Positions 9,009 through 18,700 of a stretch of 25,064 nt of DNA are shown piece by piece (position 1 is the stretch's first letter; each line of letters begins with the position of its first letter). A model generated the notes under the pieces. The model searched no databases. It was given only the letters and a program-made list of their open reading frames with translations, and was not told where the DNA came from. The stretch lies in contig JBBIUY010000012.1 of NCBI GenBank assembly GCA_037440005.1, forward strand, positions 1 to 25,064, given 5' to 3'. The translations under genes were made by a program, and so were the position numbers. The DNA is from Armatimonadota bacterium. GTDB lineage: Bacteria; Sysuimicrobiota; Sysuimicrobiia; Sysuimicrobiales; Kaftiobacteriaceae.

Positions 9009-10499
9009 ATGAGACGGTGGTGGAGCCTGCTGGTGGCGCTTGCGGTGGCGACGGTGCCGCTGGTGACGGCGGCGCCGGGGGCCTCGCAGGCGAAGCCCTT
9101 CGAGGGGGTGACGGTGAACGTCTTGACCTTCACGGGCCCCCAGATCGCCGAACCTCTGCAGCGCCGGGGGCCGGACTTCGGCAAGCTGACCGGCGCGAAG
9201 ATCAACGTGGTGACGGTGCCCTTCAGCGATCTGTACCAGAAGATGCTGACCGACATGGCCACCGGCACCAACAGTTTCCAGGCGTTCGTCTTCGCCCCCC
9301 AGTGGATGGCCGACTTCGTGGTGGCCGGCTACCTGGAGGACCTCACGGCGCGGGTGAGAGCCGACAAAGCCCTTCAGTGGGAGGACATCGCCCCCTTCTT
9401 CCGCAACTTCAGCGCCACCTACGGGGGCCGGATCTACACCATCCCGCTGGACGGCGACTTCCAGATGGTCTACTACCGGACCGACCTGCTTCGGCAGGCC
9501 GGCCTGAAGCCCCCCGCCACGTGGGCCGACTACCTGAAGATCGCCCAGACCTTCCACCGCAAGGACCTCAACGGCGACGGCACGCCCGACTTCGGCTCGT
9601 GCATCGCCAAGAAGCGCAACGCCCAGTCCTACTGGATGGTGTGGTCGGTGGCGGCCGGGTTCCTGCAGGCCAAAGGGACCCGGGAGGGGTCGTTCTTTGA
9701 CACCGAGACCATGAAGCCCCTGACCAACAACGAGGCGTTCGCCGAGGCGCTGCGGGTGTACGTGGCCACGGGCGCCTACGGCCCGCCCGACGAGCTCAAC
9801 TGGGACGTGGGCGACTCCCGCTCGGCGTTTGTGACCGGCCGGTGCGCCCTCAGCATCGACTGGGGCGACATCGGCACGCTGGCCATCGACCCCAAGACCT
9901 CCAAGGTGCAGGACAAGGTGGGAGCCGTCATCCTGCCGGGCAGCACCCGGGTCCTGGACCGCAAGACCGGCAAGCTGGTGACCTGCACCGCCCAGACCTG
10001 TCCCTACGCCGTGGGCGGGGTCAACCACGCCCCCTACGCGGCCTTCGGCGGATGGTCGGGAGCCATCAACAAGGCCGCCCCGGCCCGGGTCAAGGACGCG
10101 GCCTACGCGTTCCTGTCGTACATGAGTCAGCCGGCCCAGGCCAACGTGGACGTCACCATCGGCATCACGGGATTCAACCCGTACCGGATCTCGCAGTTCA
10201 AGAACCTGGACCTGTGGGTGAAGGCCGGCATGAGCCGGGAGGCGGCCCGCAACTACCTGGGCGCCATCGAGGCCAGCCTGAACAGCCCCAACATGGTCCT
10301 GGACCTGCGGATCCCGCAGAACCAGCGGTACCAGCAGATCGTCCTCGACACGGCCATCGCCAAGCTGCTGGCCCGGGAGATCACCATCGAGCAGGCGATG
10401 AAGGAGATCACCGACGGCTGGGAGGCCATTACCAACGAGCTGGGGCGCGACACGCAGCTGAAGGCGTACCGGGAGAGTCTGGGGATCCCCACGAAGTAA
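9009..10499 (+). CDS. Sugar ABC transporter substrate-binding protein with signal peptide
   Basis: N-terminus MRRWWSLLVALAVATVPLVTAAPGASQA; GYLEDLT, IPLDGD, YYRTDLL, PPATW; GGAGGTG RBS. Confidence 0.92.
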   Translation: MRRWWSLLVALAVATVPLVTAAPGASQAKPFEGVTVNVLTFTGPQIAEPLQRRGPDFGKLTGAKINVVTVPFSDLYQKMLTDMATGTNSFQAFVFAPQWMADFVVAGYLEDLTARVRADKALQWEDIAPFFRNFSATYGGRIYTIPLDGDFQMVYYRTDLLRQAGLKPPATWADYLKIAQTFHRKDLNGDGTPDFGSCIAKKRNAQSYWMVWSVAAGFLQAKGTREGSFFDTETMKPLTNNEAFAEALRVYVATGAYGPPDELNWDVGDSRSAFVTGRCALSIDWGDIGTLAIDPKTSKVQDKVGAVILPGSTRVLDRKTGKLVTCTAQTCPYAVGGVNHAPYAAFGGWSGAINKAAPARVKDAAYAFLSYMSQPAQANVDVTIGITGFNPYRISQFKNLDLWVKAGMSREAARNYLGAIEASLNSPNMVLDLRIPQNQRYQQIVLDTAIAKLLAREITIEQAMKEITDGWEAITNELGRDTQLKAYRESLGIPTK

Positions 10500-10508
10500 C
10501 GCGGGGAG

Positions 10509-11666
10509 ATGCCGCGTATGGTCCGGGTGGCTCAGGAGGCCGGGGCGAAGGCGGTCCGCCCCGCCCCGGCCTCCGTCCTGGCGGGGACGGCGGGGTGGTT
10601 TGACCGGCAGGCGGGGGCGCTGTTTGTCCTGCCGGCCGTCCTGCTGGTGTTCTTTTTGTCCATCTTCCCGCTGCTGGTGTCGGCGTACCTGTCCCTCACG
10701 CGGCTGCAGTTCGTGCCCGGCGGCTTCCTGCTGCGGTGGGTGGGGCTGGCCAACTACCACAAGCTGCTGGCGGGCATCGAGCGGCCCCACTTCCTGGGCG
10801 TCCTGGCCCCCCTCACCCCCCTCAGCGGCCTGGTGGTCGCCGTGGCCGCGTCGGTGCTGCTGGTGGCGGTGATCCGATCGGGACGGGCGTCCGGGGCGGG
10901 GCTGGCGGGGCGCGTGCTGGTCGCGGCGGTGGCGGGGACGGGGGTATGGCTGGCGGTGCGGTCCCTGGCGCCGGGCGGGCGCCCGGGGACGCTGGTGACC
11001 ACCCTGCTGTACGTGGGCGTGGGGGTGGCGGTGCAGTACTGGCTGGGCCTGCTGCTGGCCTACCTCTGTTCCCAGGAGATCGCCGGCCGGCGGCTGTTCC
11101 GGGTGGTGTTCTTGCTGCCCATGATGATCACCCCCGTCGGCATCGCCTACACCTTCCGCATCCTCATGGACCTGGGTAAGGGGCCGTTTGCACCCCTGTG
11201 GCGGGCGCTGGGGCTGGCGGAGGTGTCGTGGGCCAACTCCCCGTGGGGTGCCCGCATCGTGGTGATGATCGGGGACATCTGGCAGTGGACCCCCTTCATG
11301 TTCATCGTGCTGCTGGCGGCGCTGGAGAGCCTGCCGGCGGAACTCACCGAGGCGGCCATGGTGGACGGCGCCAGCCGCTGGCAGATCTTCTGGAAGGTGT
11401 CCTGGCCCCAGTTGCTGCCCGTGAGCTCCACGGTGGTCCTGATCCGGATGATCGAGGCCTTCAAGATCGTCGACCTCCCCAACGTCCTCACCAACGGAGG
11501 CCCGGGAACCGCCACCGAGTCCCTGACCCTGCACGCGTACATGGCGTGGCGGACGCTGGACATCGGCGGATCGGCGGCGGTGGCGTACATGCTGTTGTTC
11601 GTGGTGACCTTCACCGCCATGTCCTACATCACCCTGGTGCACCGGCGGCTGGCGGAGGCGGGGTAG
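10509..11666 (+). CDS. Carbohydrate ABC transporter permease (MalF-like)
   Basis: VGLANY, LLPMMITPV, WQWTPF, EAA motif EAAMVDGASRWQIF; start uncertain (10509 or 10518). Confidence 0.93.
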   Translation: MPRMVRVAQEAGAKAVRPAPASVLAGTAGWFDRQAGALFVLPAVLLVFFLSIFPLLVSAYLSLTRLQFVPGGFLLRWVGLANYHKLLAGIERPHFLGVLAPLTPLSGLVVAVAASVLLVAVIRSGRASGAGLAGRVLVAAVAGTGVWLAVRSLAPGGRPGTLVTTLLYVGVGVAVQYWLGLLLAYLCSQEIAGRRLFRVVFLLPMMITPVGIAYTFRILMDLGKGPFAPLWRALGLAEVSWANSPWGARIVVMIGDIWQWTPFMFIVLLAALESLPAELTEAAMVDGASRWQIFWKVSWPQLLPVSSTVVLIRMIEAFKIVDLPNVLTNGGPGTATESLTLHAYMAWRTLDIGGSAAVAYMLLFVVTFTAMSYITLVHRRLAEAG

Positions 11667-11676
11667 GCGAGGAACG

Positions 11677-12702
11677 GTGAAGATCCCCCCTGTGCTGCGA
11701 CGGTCTCCCCGGGCGCTCTCGCCGCCGGCGGCGCTGGCCGCCTACGGACTCCTGGCGGGCTGGGCGGCGGTGGTCCTGTTCCCGCTGTTCTGGATCCTGG
11801 TCACCTCCTTCAAGCTGCCGATCCACGTCTACAGCGGCCCGGTGTATCTGCCCTTCGTGGACTTCACCCCGTCGCTGCACGCGTGGCGGTACATCCTGGT
11901 GGACCTGCGCAACGACACCCTCCGTCCGTACGCGAACACCGTCGTGGTGGCCCTGACCAGCTCGGTCCTGGCCGTGGCCCTGGGGACCGGGGCCGGATAC
12001 GGTCTGTTGCGGTTTCGCTACCGGCCGCGGCTGAGCATGATCCTCCTGACGGCGGCGGCGGCGGTGGTGGTGATCGCCGCGCTGACCCGCGGCCTGGCGG
12101 GAGGGGTGGCGCTGGCGGCGGGAGGCCTGGTGCTGCTGGCGGGCCGCCCCCTGGCCGCGCGGGGGCGACGCGCCGTGGGCAACGACGACATCGCCTTCTG
12201 GATGATCTCCCAGCGCATTCTGCCGCCGGTGGCCGTGGTCATTCCCCTGTACGTGATGTTCCAGCGCCTAGGGCTGCTGGACACCCGTCTGGCGGTGGTG
12301 GTGACCTATACCGCCGTCAACCTCCCCATCGTGGTGTGGCTGATGCGGGACTACTTCCGGCACATCTCGGTGGAGCTGGAGGAGAGCGCGGCCATCGACG
12401 GGGCGTCCCCCTACCGCATCTTCCGGTCCGTGGTCCTGCCCCTGTCGGCGCCGGGGCTGGCGGCCACCTTCCTGCTCGTCCTGGTGTTCACGTGGAACGA
12501 GTACCTGCTGGCGCTGTTTCTGACCGGCGCCAACGCCCAGACGCTGCCGCTGAGCATCGCCGCCCAGAACGCCACCCGGGGGCCCCAGTGGTGGTACATG
12601 TCGGTGCTGATCCTCATCATGATCACGCCGGTCATCCTCATGGCCGTCGCCCTGGAGCGCTACATCGCCAAGGGGCTGCTGGTGGGGGCGATCAAGGGAT
12701 GA
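11677..12702 (+). CDS. Carbohydrate ABC transporter permease (MalG-like)
   Basis: LFPLFWILVTSFK, ELEESAAIDGAS, FTWNEYL, C-terminal GLLVGAIKG. Confidence 0.93.
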   Translation: MKIPPVLRRSPRALSPPAALAAYGLLAGWAAVVLFPLFWILVTSFKLPIHVYSGPVYLPFVDFTPSLHAWRYILVDLRNDTLRPYANTVVVALTSSVLAVALGTGAGYGLLRFRYRPRLSMILLTAAAAVVVIAALTRGLAGGVALAAGGLVLLAGRPLAARGRRAVGNDDIAFWMISQRILPPVAVVIPLYVMFQRLGLLDTRLAVVVTYTAVNLPIVVWLMRDYFRHISVELEESAAIDGASPYRIFRSVVLPLSAPGLAATFLLVLVFTWNEYLLALFLTGANAQTLPLSIAAQNATRGPQWWYMSVLILIMITPVILMAVALERYIAKGLLVGAIKG

Positions 12703-13670
12703 CCCGCCGTCCCCTGGGGTCCACCGGCCTGATGGTCACCCCCGTGGGCATCGGGGGCGGGGCGCTGGCCAGCATGCCGGAGACGTTCGGCTACGCGGTC
12801 CCCGAGGAGCAGGCCCTGGCCACCCTGCGGGCGGTCTTCCGCAGCCCCATCAACTTCCTGGACACGGCGGCAGCCTACGGCGACGGGGAGAGCGAGCGCC
12901 GCATCGGGATCGTGCTGCGCGAGATGGGCGGCCTGCCTCCCGGATTCGTCCTGTCCACCAAGGCCGACCGGAACCTGCAGACCGGCGACTTCAGCGGAGA
13001 CCAGGTCCGCCGGTCGGTGGAGCGCAGCCTCCGCCTGCTGGGGGTGGACCGGCTGCAGCTGGTGTTCCTGCACGACCCCGAGCACACCACCTTCGAGCAG
13101 GTGATGGCCCCCGGGGGCCCACTGGAGGTGCTGCTGCGGCTGCGGGAGGAGGGCGTGATCCAGCACCTCGGGGTGGCGGGGGGACCGATCCCCCTCATGA
13201 TCCGCTACGTCCAGACCCGGGCCTTTGAGGTTGTCATCACCCACAACCGCTACACGTTGCTCAACCGCACCGCCGAGCCGCTGATCGCCCGCGCCGCGGA
13301 GCTGGGGGTGGCGGTGGCGAACGCGGCGCCCTACGGCAGCGGCATCCTGGCCAAGGGCCCCGACGCCTACCCCCGCTACGCCTACCAGGACGCGGCGGCG
13401 CCGCTGGTGGACCGGGCCCGGCGGATGGCGGAGATCTGCCGGCGCCACGGGGTCCCGCTGGCCGCGGCCGCCCTGCAGTTCTCCCTGCGGGACCCGCGCA
13501 TCGTCAGCACCATCGTGGGGGTCAGCCGTCCGGAGCGGGTGGCGGAGACGCTGGCCCTGGCGGCGCACCCCATCCCCGAGGAGCTGTGGCCCCAGCTGGA
13601 ACCGTTCGCCGACCGGGACGCCGACCCCGAGGCCGGCCGGTGGGCGGGATCGGGGCGGCGATCCGGATGA
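12699..13670 (+). CDS. Aldo/keto reductase, D-threo-aldose 1-dehydrogenase-like
   Basis: RRPLGSTG, NFLDTAAAYG, SERRIG, LSTK, SLRLLGVDRLQLVFLHDP, AAALQF; ATGA overlap with the upstream permease. Confidence 0.88.
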   Translation: MTRRPLGSTGLMVTPVGIGGGALASMPETFGYAVPEEQALATLRAVFRSPINFLDTAAAYGDGESERRIGIVLREMGGLPPGFVLSTKADRNLQTGDFSGDQVRRSVERSLRLLGVDRLQLVFLHDPEHTTFEQVMAPGGPLEVLLRLREEGVIQHLGVAGGPIPLMIRYVQTRAFEVVITHNRYTLLNRTAEPLIARAAELGVAVANAAPYGSGILAKGPDAYPRYAYQDAAAPLVDRARRMAEICRRHGVPLAAAALQFSLRDPRIVSTIVGVSRPERVAETLALAAHPIPEELWPQLEPFADRDADPEAGRWAGSGRRSG

Positions 13671-14434
13671 GGACCGTGGCCGTGGTCACCGGAGCCGCGC
13701 AGGGGATCGGCCGGGCCATCGCCGTCCGGCTGGCCGCCGACGGCTTCGCCGTGGCGCTGGTGGACGTGGACGCCGCCGCGCTGGAGGAAGCCGCCGGCGT
13801 GGTGGCCGGGCGGACGGACGCCCTGGCGGTGCACGCCGACCTGGCGGTCCTGGAGGAGATCGCGGGGACGGTGGATCGGGTGCAGTCCGCCTGGGGTCGC
13901 ATCGACGCGTGGGTGAACAACGCCGGCCGGGAGGTCACCACACCCTTTTTGGAGGTCACGGCCCGGGAGTGGGACGCGGCCCTGGCCATCAACCTGCGCA
14001 CGGTGTTCTTCGCCACCCAGATGGCGGCGCGGGCGATGATCGCCACGGGGGTGCGGGGGCGGATCGTCAACGTCGCCTCCATCGCCGGCCGCAGCGGGCG
14101 GGCCGACCAGGCGCCCTACGCGGCGGCCAAGGCGGGAGTGATCAGCGTCACCCGCTCGGCGGCCCTCGCCCTGGCGCCCTACGGCATCACGGTGAACGCC
14201 GTGTGCCCGGGAGTGGTGGACACGGCCATGACGCGCCGCGTCCACCAGGCCCGGGCCCGGTGGCTGGGGGTGACGCCCGAGGAGTCGCTGCGGCGGATGG
14301 TGGAGCGGATCCCGCTGCGGGAGATGGCGCGTCCCGACGACGTGGCCGCCGCCGTGGCCTTCTTCTGCTCGCCCGAGGCCCGCTACATCACCGGTCAGGC
14401 CCTCAACGTGTGCGGCGGGATGGAGATGAGCTGA
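13667..14434 (+). CDS. Short-chain dehydrogenase/reductase (polyol/sugar dehydrogenase-like)
   Basis: VVTGAAQGIG, VNNAG, NVASIAG, YAAAK, VNAVCPG, ITGQALNVCGG; Asp after the second beta strand (LVDVD) suggests NAD(H); ATGA overlap. Confidence 0.93.
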   Translation: MRTVAVVTGAAQGIGRAIAVRLAADGFAVALVDVDAAALEEAAGVVAGRTDALAVHADLAVLEEIAGTVDRVQSAWGRIDAWVNNAGREVTTPFLEVTAREWDAALAINLRTVFFATQMAARAMIATGVRGRIVNVASIAGRSGRADQAPYAAAKAGVISVTRSAALALAPYGITVNAVCPGVVDTAMTRRVHQARARWLGVTPEESLRRMVERIPLREMARPDDVAAAVAFFCSPEARYITGQALNVCGGMEMS

Positions 14435-14438
14435 GCCG

Positions 14439-15608
14439 ATGCCGGCGCGGGAGCTGCACGTGGCGGTGATCGGGGGGCCGCAGTACGACGGGCTGCTGGC
14501 GCACCTGCCCGCCTTCGAACAGGCGAGCGGCTACCGCGTGGTGGTGGACGTCCGTCTGCCCCACGTGGAGCTCAACGCGCGGATGGCCCGGGACCTGGGC
14601 ACCGAGGGCGGCCGCTACGACCTCATCTCCACCCACACCAAGTATGCGCCCTCCCAGGCCGAGCACCTGCGCCCCCTGGACGAGTTCTTCTCCGCCGGCG
14701 AGCTGGCCGACTTCGCCCCCCGGGTGCTGGAGCTGTGCCGCGTCGACGGCCGGCTGCTGCAGCTGCCGCGGAACTTTGACGCCCGGCTGCTGTTCTACCG
14801 GTCCGACCTCATCGCCGCGCCGGCCACGTGGGAGGAAGCCGCGGCGCAGATGGTGCGGCACGCGCGCCCGGGCCTGTTCGGGTTCGCCTTCCCCGGCCGG
14901 CACTCGGGGCTGTTCGGCACGTTCTACGAGCTGCTGGGGATGGCGGGCGGCGACCTGTTCGACGAACGCCTGCGTCCCACGTTCGCCAGCGAAGCCGGCG
15001 AGTGGGCGCTGGCGTTCCTCCACCGCCTCCACGCCGCGGACCGCGTGACCCCGCCGGACCTGCTGGACCGGTGGTATTACGACGAGGTGTCGGAGGGATT
15101 CCGCCGGGGCCAGGTCCTCATGGTGGGCGACTGGCCGGGGTATTACGGGCTGTACACCGACCCGCGCACCTGCGCCGTGATCGACCGGTTCGACGTGGCG
15201 CTGTACCCCGTCGGGCCGGCGGGGGTGCGCCGGGCCTACGCCGGGTGCCACACCTTCGCCATCCCCCGGGCCGCCCGCGACCTCGACGGGGCGCTGGCGC
15301 TGCTGCGCTACCTGGTGAGTCCCGGCGTCCAGTACGCGGAGGCGGCGGCCGGCGGGCACACCCCGGTGCGCCGCTCGGTGTTCGATCGGGTCCGGGCCGG
15401 CCTGGTTCCGGGCAGCCGCGACGCCCGCCGCATGGCCCTGCTGCAGCAGACGGTGGAGCAGCACGCCATGATCCCCCCGCGGTTCGCCCGCTACCCGCAG
15501 GTGGAAGAGGTCCTGTGGGTGGGCATCCAGCGGGCGGTGGCCGGCCACGTGACTCCCCGCCGGGCCCTGCAGGCCATGGAGGACCAGGTGCGGGAGGTGC
15601 TGCGCTGA
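14439..15608 (+). CDS. Sugar-binding-protein family member lacking a signal peptide
   Basis: YDLISTH, LRPLDEF, QLPRNFD, LFYRSDL, PATWEE typical of family-1 binding proteins; in-frame TGA at 14427 prevents N-terminal extension. Confidence 0.85.
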   Translation: MPARELHVAVIGGPQYDGLLAHLPAFEQASGYRVVVDVRLPHVELNARMARDLGTEGGRYDLISTHTKYAPSQAEHLRPLDEFFSAGELADFAPRVLELCRVDGRLLQLPRNFDARLLFYRSDLIAAPATWEEAAAQMVRHARPGLFGFAFPGRHSGLFGTFYELLGMAGGDLFDERLRPTFASEAGEWALAFLHRLHAADRVTPPDLLDRWYYDEVSEGFRRGQVLMVGDWPGYYGLYTDPRTCAVIDRFDVALYPVGPAGVRRAYAGCHTFAIPRAARDLDGALALLRYLVSPGVQYAEAAAGGHTPVRRSVFDRVRAGLVPGSRDARRMALLQQTVEQHAMIPPRFARYPQVEEVLWVGIQRAVAGHVTPRRALQAMEDQVREVLR

Positions 15609-15652
15609 CGGCGGAGGGAGGGGACGGCGGCCCGACCGCCGAAGAAAATACA

Positions 15653-15666
15653 TGAAATCGTTTTCA
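15653..15666. promoter_or_regulatory. Second putative LacI-family operator, upstream of tctCBA
   Basis: TGAAATCGTTTTCA, near-palindrome matching the 5826-5839 site at 12 of 14 positions. Confidence 0.75.
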
Positions 15667-15699
15667 CACTCTTACTCCGCCCGTCCAGGAGGTGCCGCC

Positions 15700-16683
15700 A
15701 TGAGAAGAGGGATCGCGGGCGCGGCCGCCGTCGTGCTGGGAGTCGTCCTGGTGGTCGTCGCCGTCGGGCGGTCGTACTCCGCCCCGCCGTCCTACCCCGC
15801 CCGGCCGCTGACCGTCATCGTGCCGTGGTCGCCCGGAGGGGGGACCGACCGCACGGCGCGGGCCATCGCCGCCATTCTGGAAAAGGATCTCGGCCAGCCG
15901 GTCGGGGTGGTCAACCGGACGGGCGGGGGCGGGGTCATCGGGCACATGGCCACCGCCACCGCCGAGCCGGACGGCTACACCCTGGGGATGATCACCATCG
16001 AGATCACCATGATGAGCTGGCTGGGGCTGACCCACCTGACCTACATGGACTACCGGCCCATCGCCCTGTTCATCAACAACCGGGCGGGCATCACCGTGCG
16101 CGCCGACGCGCCCTGGAAGGACTACAAGGAGCTGATGGCCTACATCCAGGCCAACCCGGGCAAGCTGAAGGCCTCCGGGACCGCCGCCGGCGGGATCTGG
16201 GACCTCGCCCGGGTCGGGTGGCTGCTGGCGGCGGGCCTGACCGCCGACCACGTGAAGTGGGTGCCCAGCACCGGCGCGGCGGCGGCGCTGGCCGAGCTGG
16301 CGGCGGGAGGCGTGGACATCTGCACCTGCAGCCCGGCCGAGGCCCTGCCGCTGGTGGAGGCGGGGAAGGCGCGGGTGCTGGCGGTGATGGCCGACAAGCG
16401 GTGGGCCCCGCTGCCGCACGTCCCCACCCTCAAGGAGCTGGGGGTGGACTTCGAGATCGGCGGGTGGGCGGGGATGGCCGCGCCGGCCAGGACCCCCGAC
16501 TCCATCGTCGAGTTCCTGGACAAGGCCGTGGGCCGGGCCGCCACCTCCCCGGAGTTTGCCGCCTTCATCAAGAACAGCGGCTTCTGGTACGACTACCGGA
16601 ACGCCGCCCAGTTCAGCAAGTTCCTGGCCCAGGAGCACCTCAAGAACGGCAAACTCCTCAAGGCCGGCGGCTTCATCAGGTAG
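15700..16683 (+). CDS. tctC: Tripartite tricarboxylate transporter substrate-binding protein (TctC/Bug)
   Basis: YPARPLTVIVPWSPGGGTD, VVNRTGGGG, AEPDGYTLG, VPTLKELG; signal peptide; AGGAGGT RBS before ATG 15700. Confidence 0.93.
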   Translation: MRRGIAGAAAVVLGVVLVVVAVGRSYSAPPSYPARPLTVIVPWSPGGGTDRTARAIAAILEKDLGQPVGVVNRTGGGGVIGHMATATAEPDGYTLGMITIEITMMSWLGLTHLTYMDYRPIALFINNRAGITVRADAPWKDYKELMAYIQANPGKLKASGTAAGGIWDLARVGWLLAAGLTADHVKWVPSTGAAAALAELAAGGVDICTCSPAEALPLVEAGKARVLAVMADKRWAPLPHVPTLKELGVDFEIGGWAGMAAPARTPDSIVEFLDKAVGRAATSPEFAAFIKNSGFWYDYRNAAQFSKFLAQEHLKNGKLLKAGGFIR

Positions 16684-16693
16684 GCCCGCCGCG

Positions 16694-17152
16694 ATGGGAG
16701 CCTGGGACGCGCTCGTGGGTGCGCTCCTGGCCGTCCTGGGCTCCTTTGTCTTCCTGCAGGCGCGCGCGTTCCCGACCCTGTCGGGAGGGTATCCGGGGCC
16801 GGGCCTGTTTCCCCAGATTCTGGGAGGCGTCCTGGTCGTGGCGGGTCTGAGCCTGGTGGCCAGCGGGCTGCGCCGGGGTCTGACCCGCAGGCCTCTGGTC
16901 ACGGCCGGAGCCCGGGAGTGGGCCCGGGCCGGAGCGGTCGTCCTGGCGGTGGTCCTGTACCTGGGGGCGGTGCGGACGCTGGGGTTCGTCCTGGTGACGG
17001 CCCTCCTCCTGACGGGTCTCACGCTGGCGCTGGGGGTGCGGCTGCGGTGGAGCCTCCTGTTCGCCGCCGGATTCACCGCGCTGCTGTACCTGCTGTTCGG
17101 CCGGATCCTGCACGTGCCGCTCCCCCGCGGACCGCTGGGCGGTCTGTGGTGA
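16694..17152 (+). CDS. tctB: Tripartite tricarboxylate transporter small membrane subunit (TctB)
   Basis: Hydrophobic 152 aa, GPGLFP, LGF, C-terminal LFGRILHVPLPRG; lies between tctC and tctA. Confidence 0.88.
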   Translation: MGAWDALVGALLAVLGSFVFLQARAFPTLSGGYPGPGLFPQILGGVLVVAGLSLVASGLRRGLTRRPLVTAGAREWARAGAVVLAVVLYLGAVRTLGFVLVTALLLTGLTLALGVRLRWSLLFAAGFTALLYLLFGRILHVPLPRGPLGGLW

Positions 17153-17164
17153 AGGACGGGCGCG

Positions 17165-18700
17165 ATGGTCGCCCTGATTCTCAAGAGCCTCGCTGACCTG
17201 GCCGACCCCCGCGTGATCGGCATCATCTTCCTCGCCAGCCTGTACGGGCTGTTCATCGGGGCCATCCCGGGGCTGACGGTCACCATGGCGGTGGCGCTGT
17301 TCGTCCCCTTCGCGTTCTTCCTGGACCCCATTCCGGCCCTGGCGGCGATCGTCACCCTGCAGGCCATGGGCATCTTCGCCGGGGACATCCCCGCGGCGCT
17401 GGTCCGCATGCCGGGGACGCCGGCGTCCGCGGCGTACACCAGCGACTCCTACGCCCTCAGCCAGCAGGGCCGGGCCCGGCTGGTCCTGGGGGTGGACGTG
17501 ATCGCCTCCGCCCTGGGAGGGTTGATGGGCGCCGCGGCCCTCATCGTGGGGGCGTCGGCGCTGGCGGAGTTCGCCCTCCGCTTCAGCAGCTACGAGTTCT
17601 TCTGGCTGGCCGTCCTGGGGTTGAGCACCACCACCTTCATCGCCGTCGCCTCCCCGGTCAAGGGGCTCATCTCCGTCACGCTGGGGCTGCTGCTGTCCAC
17701 GGTGGGCGTCGACATCACCCTGGGGTTTCCGCGGTTCACCTTCGGCGTGCCCAACCTGCTGGGCGGCATCAGCTTCATCCCCGCCATGATCGGGCTGTTC
17801 GGCCTCAGCGAGGTCCTGCGGACGGTCCTGAAGGGGGAGATGCACCTGGCCTACGCCCGCCTGGAGCGTCAGCCGTCCTTCCTGCCTGCTCTGCGCACGG
17901 TCTGGCGCTACCGGGTCAACGCGCTGCGGGGAGGTCTGGTCGGGCTCATCTCGGGCGTGCTGCCCGGCGCGGGGGCGGACATCGGCGCCTGGCTCGCCTA
18001 CGGGGTGTCCAAGCGGTTCTCCCGGCAGCCCCAGGCCTTCGGCCGGGGGTCCATGGAGGCCATCGTGGAGGCGGGGGTGGCCAACAACTCCGACCTGGCC
18101 GCCGAGTGGATCCCCACCCTGGTCTTCGGGATTCCGGGAGACGCTTTCACCGCCGTGGTCTTGGGGATCCTCATGATGAAGGGCGTCCGCCCGGGCCCGG
18201 CGGTTTTGCACGACTACACCGAGATCCTGGTGGCGGTCTACATCACCTTCATCGTGGCCAACCTGCTCATGGTCCCCCTGGGCTTCGGCGCCATCGCGGT
18301 GAGCAGCCAGCTCCTCCGGGTGCGCCGCAACCTGCTCATGCCCGCCATCCTGATGATGTGCATCGTGGGGGCCTACGCCATTAACAACGACCTGTTCGAC
18401 GTGGGGCTGATGCTGGTCATGGGGGTGGTGGGCTTCCTGCTGGAGGCGATGGAGTTTCCGGTGGCACCCATCGTCCTGGGCCTGGTCCTGGGACCTCTGG
18501 TGGAGCAGAACTTCATGATCAGCCTCATCAAGAGCGAGGGCCACCTGGGCCTGTTCGTGAGCCGGCCCATCAGCGCGGTCCTGGCGGCCCTCACCCTGCT
18601 GGTGTGGATGCTGCCGGTGCTGACGGCGGTGCGGGGGTGGAGGCGCCGGGGCGCCGGGGCGGCCGCCCCTGAGGGGGAGGCGGCGGGAGGATCGGGATGA
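17165..18700 (+). CDS. tctA: Tripartite tricarboxylate transporter large membrane subunit (TctA)
   Basis: GAIPGLT, RMPGTPAS, RFTFG, GLFGLSE, LPGAGA, IPTLVFGIPG, PIVLGLVLGP. Confidence 0.95.
   Translation: MVALILKSLADLADPRVIGIIFLASLYGLFIGAIPGLTVTMAVALFVPFAFFLDPIPALAAIVTLQAMGIFAGDIPAALVRMPGTPASAAYTSDSYALSQQGRARLVLGVDVIASALGGLMGAAALIVGASALAEFALRFSSYEFFWLAVLGLSTTTFIAVASPVKGLISVTLGLLLSTVGVDITLGFPRFTFGVPNLLGGISFIPAMIGLFGLSEVLRTVLKGEMHLAYARLERQPSFLPALRTVWRYRVNALRGGLVGLISGVLPGAGADIGAWLAYGVSKRFSRQPQAFGRGSMEAIVEAGVANNSDLAAEWIPTLVFGIPGDAFTAVVLGILMMKGVRPGPAVLHDYTEILVAVYITFIVANLLMVPLGFGAIAVSSQLLRVRRNLLMPAILMMCIVGAYAINNDLFDVGLMLVMGVVGFLLEAMEFPVAPIVLGLVLGPLVEQNFMISLIKSEGHLGLFVSRPISAVLAALTLLVWMLPVLTAVRGWRRRGAGAAAPEGEAAGGSG

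Noticed and set aside
11883..12698. N-terminal extension of the AKR (595-aa ORF)
   Set aside because: Off-frame overlap with the permease; the real start is the ATGA-coupled ATG at 12699
5839..18544. Long antisense and off-frame ORFs across the sugar locus (e.g. 8658-11642, 6962-8881, 16676-18544)
   Set aside because: They mirror well-supported sense genes and show low-complexity or antisense codon patterns
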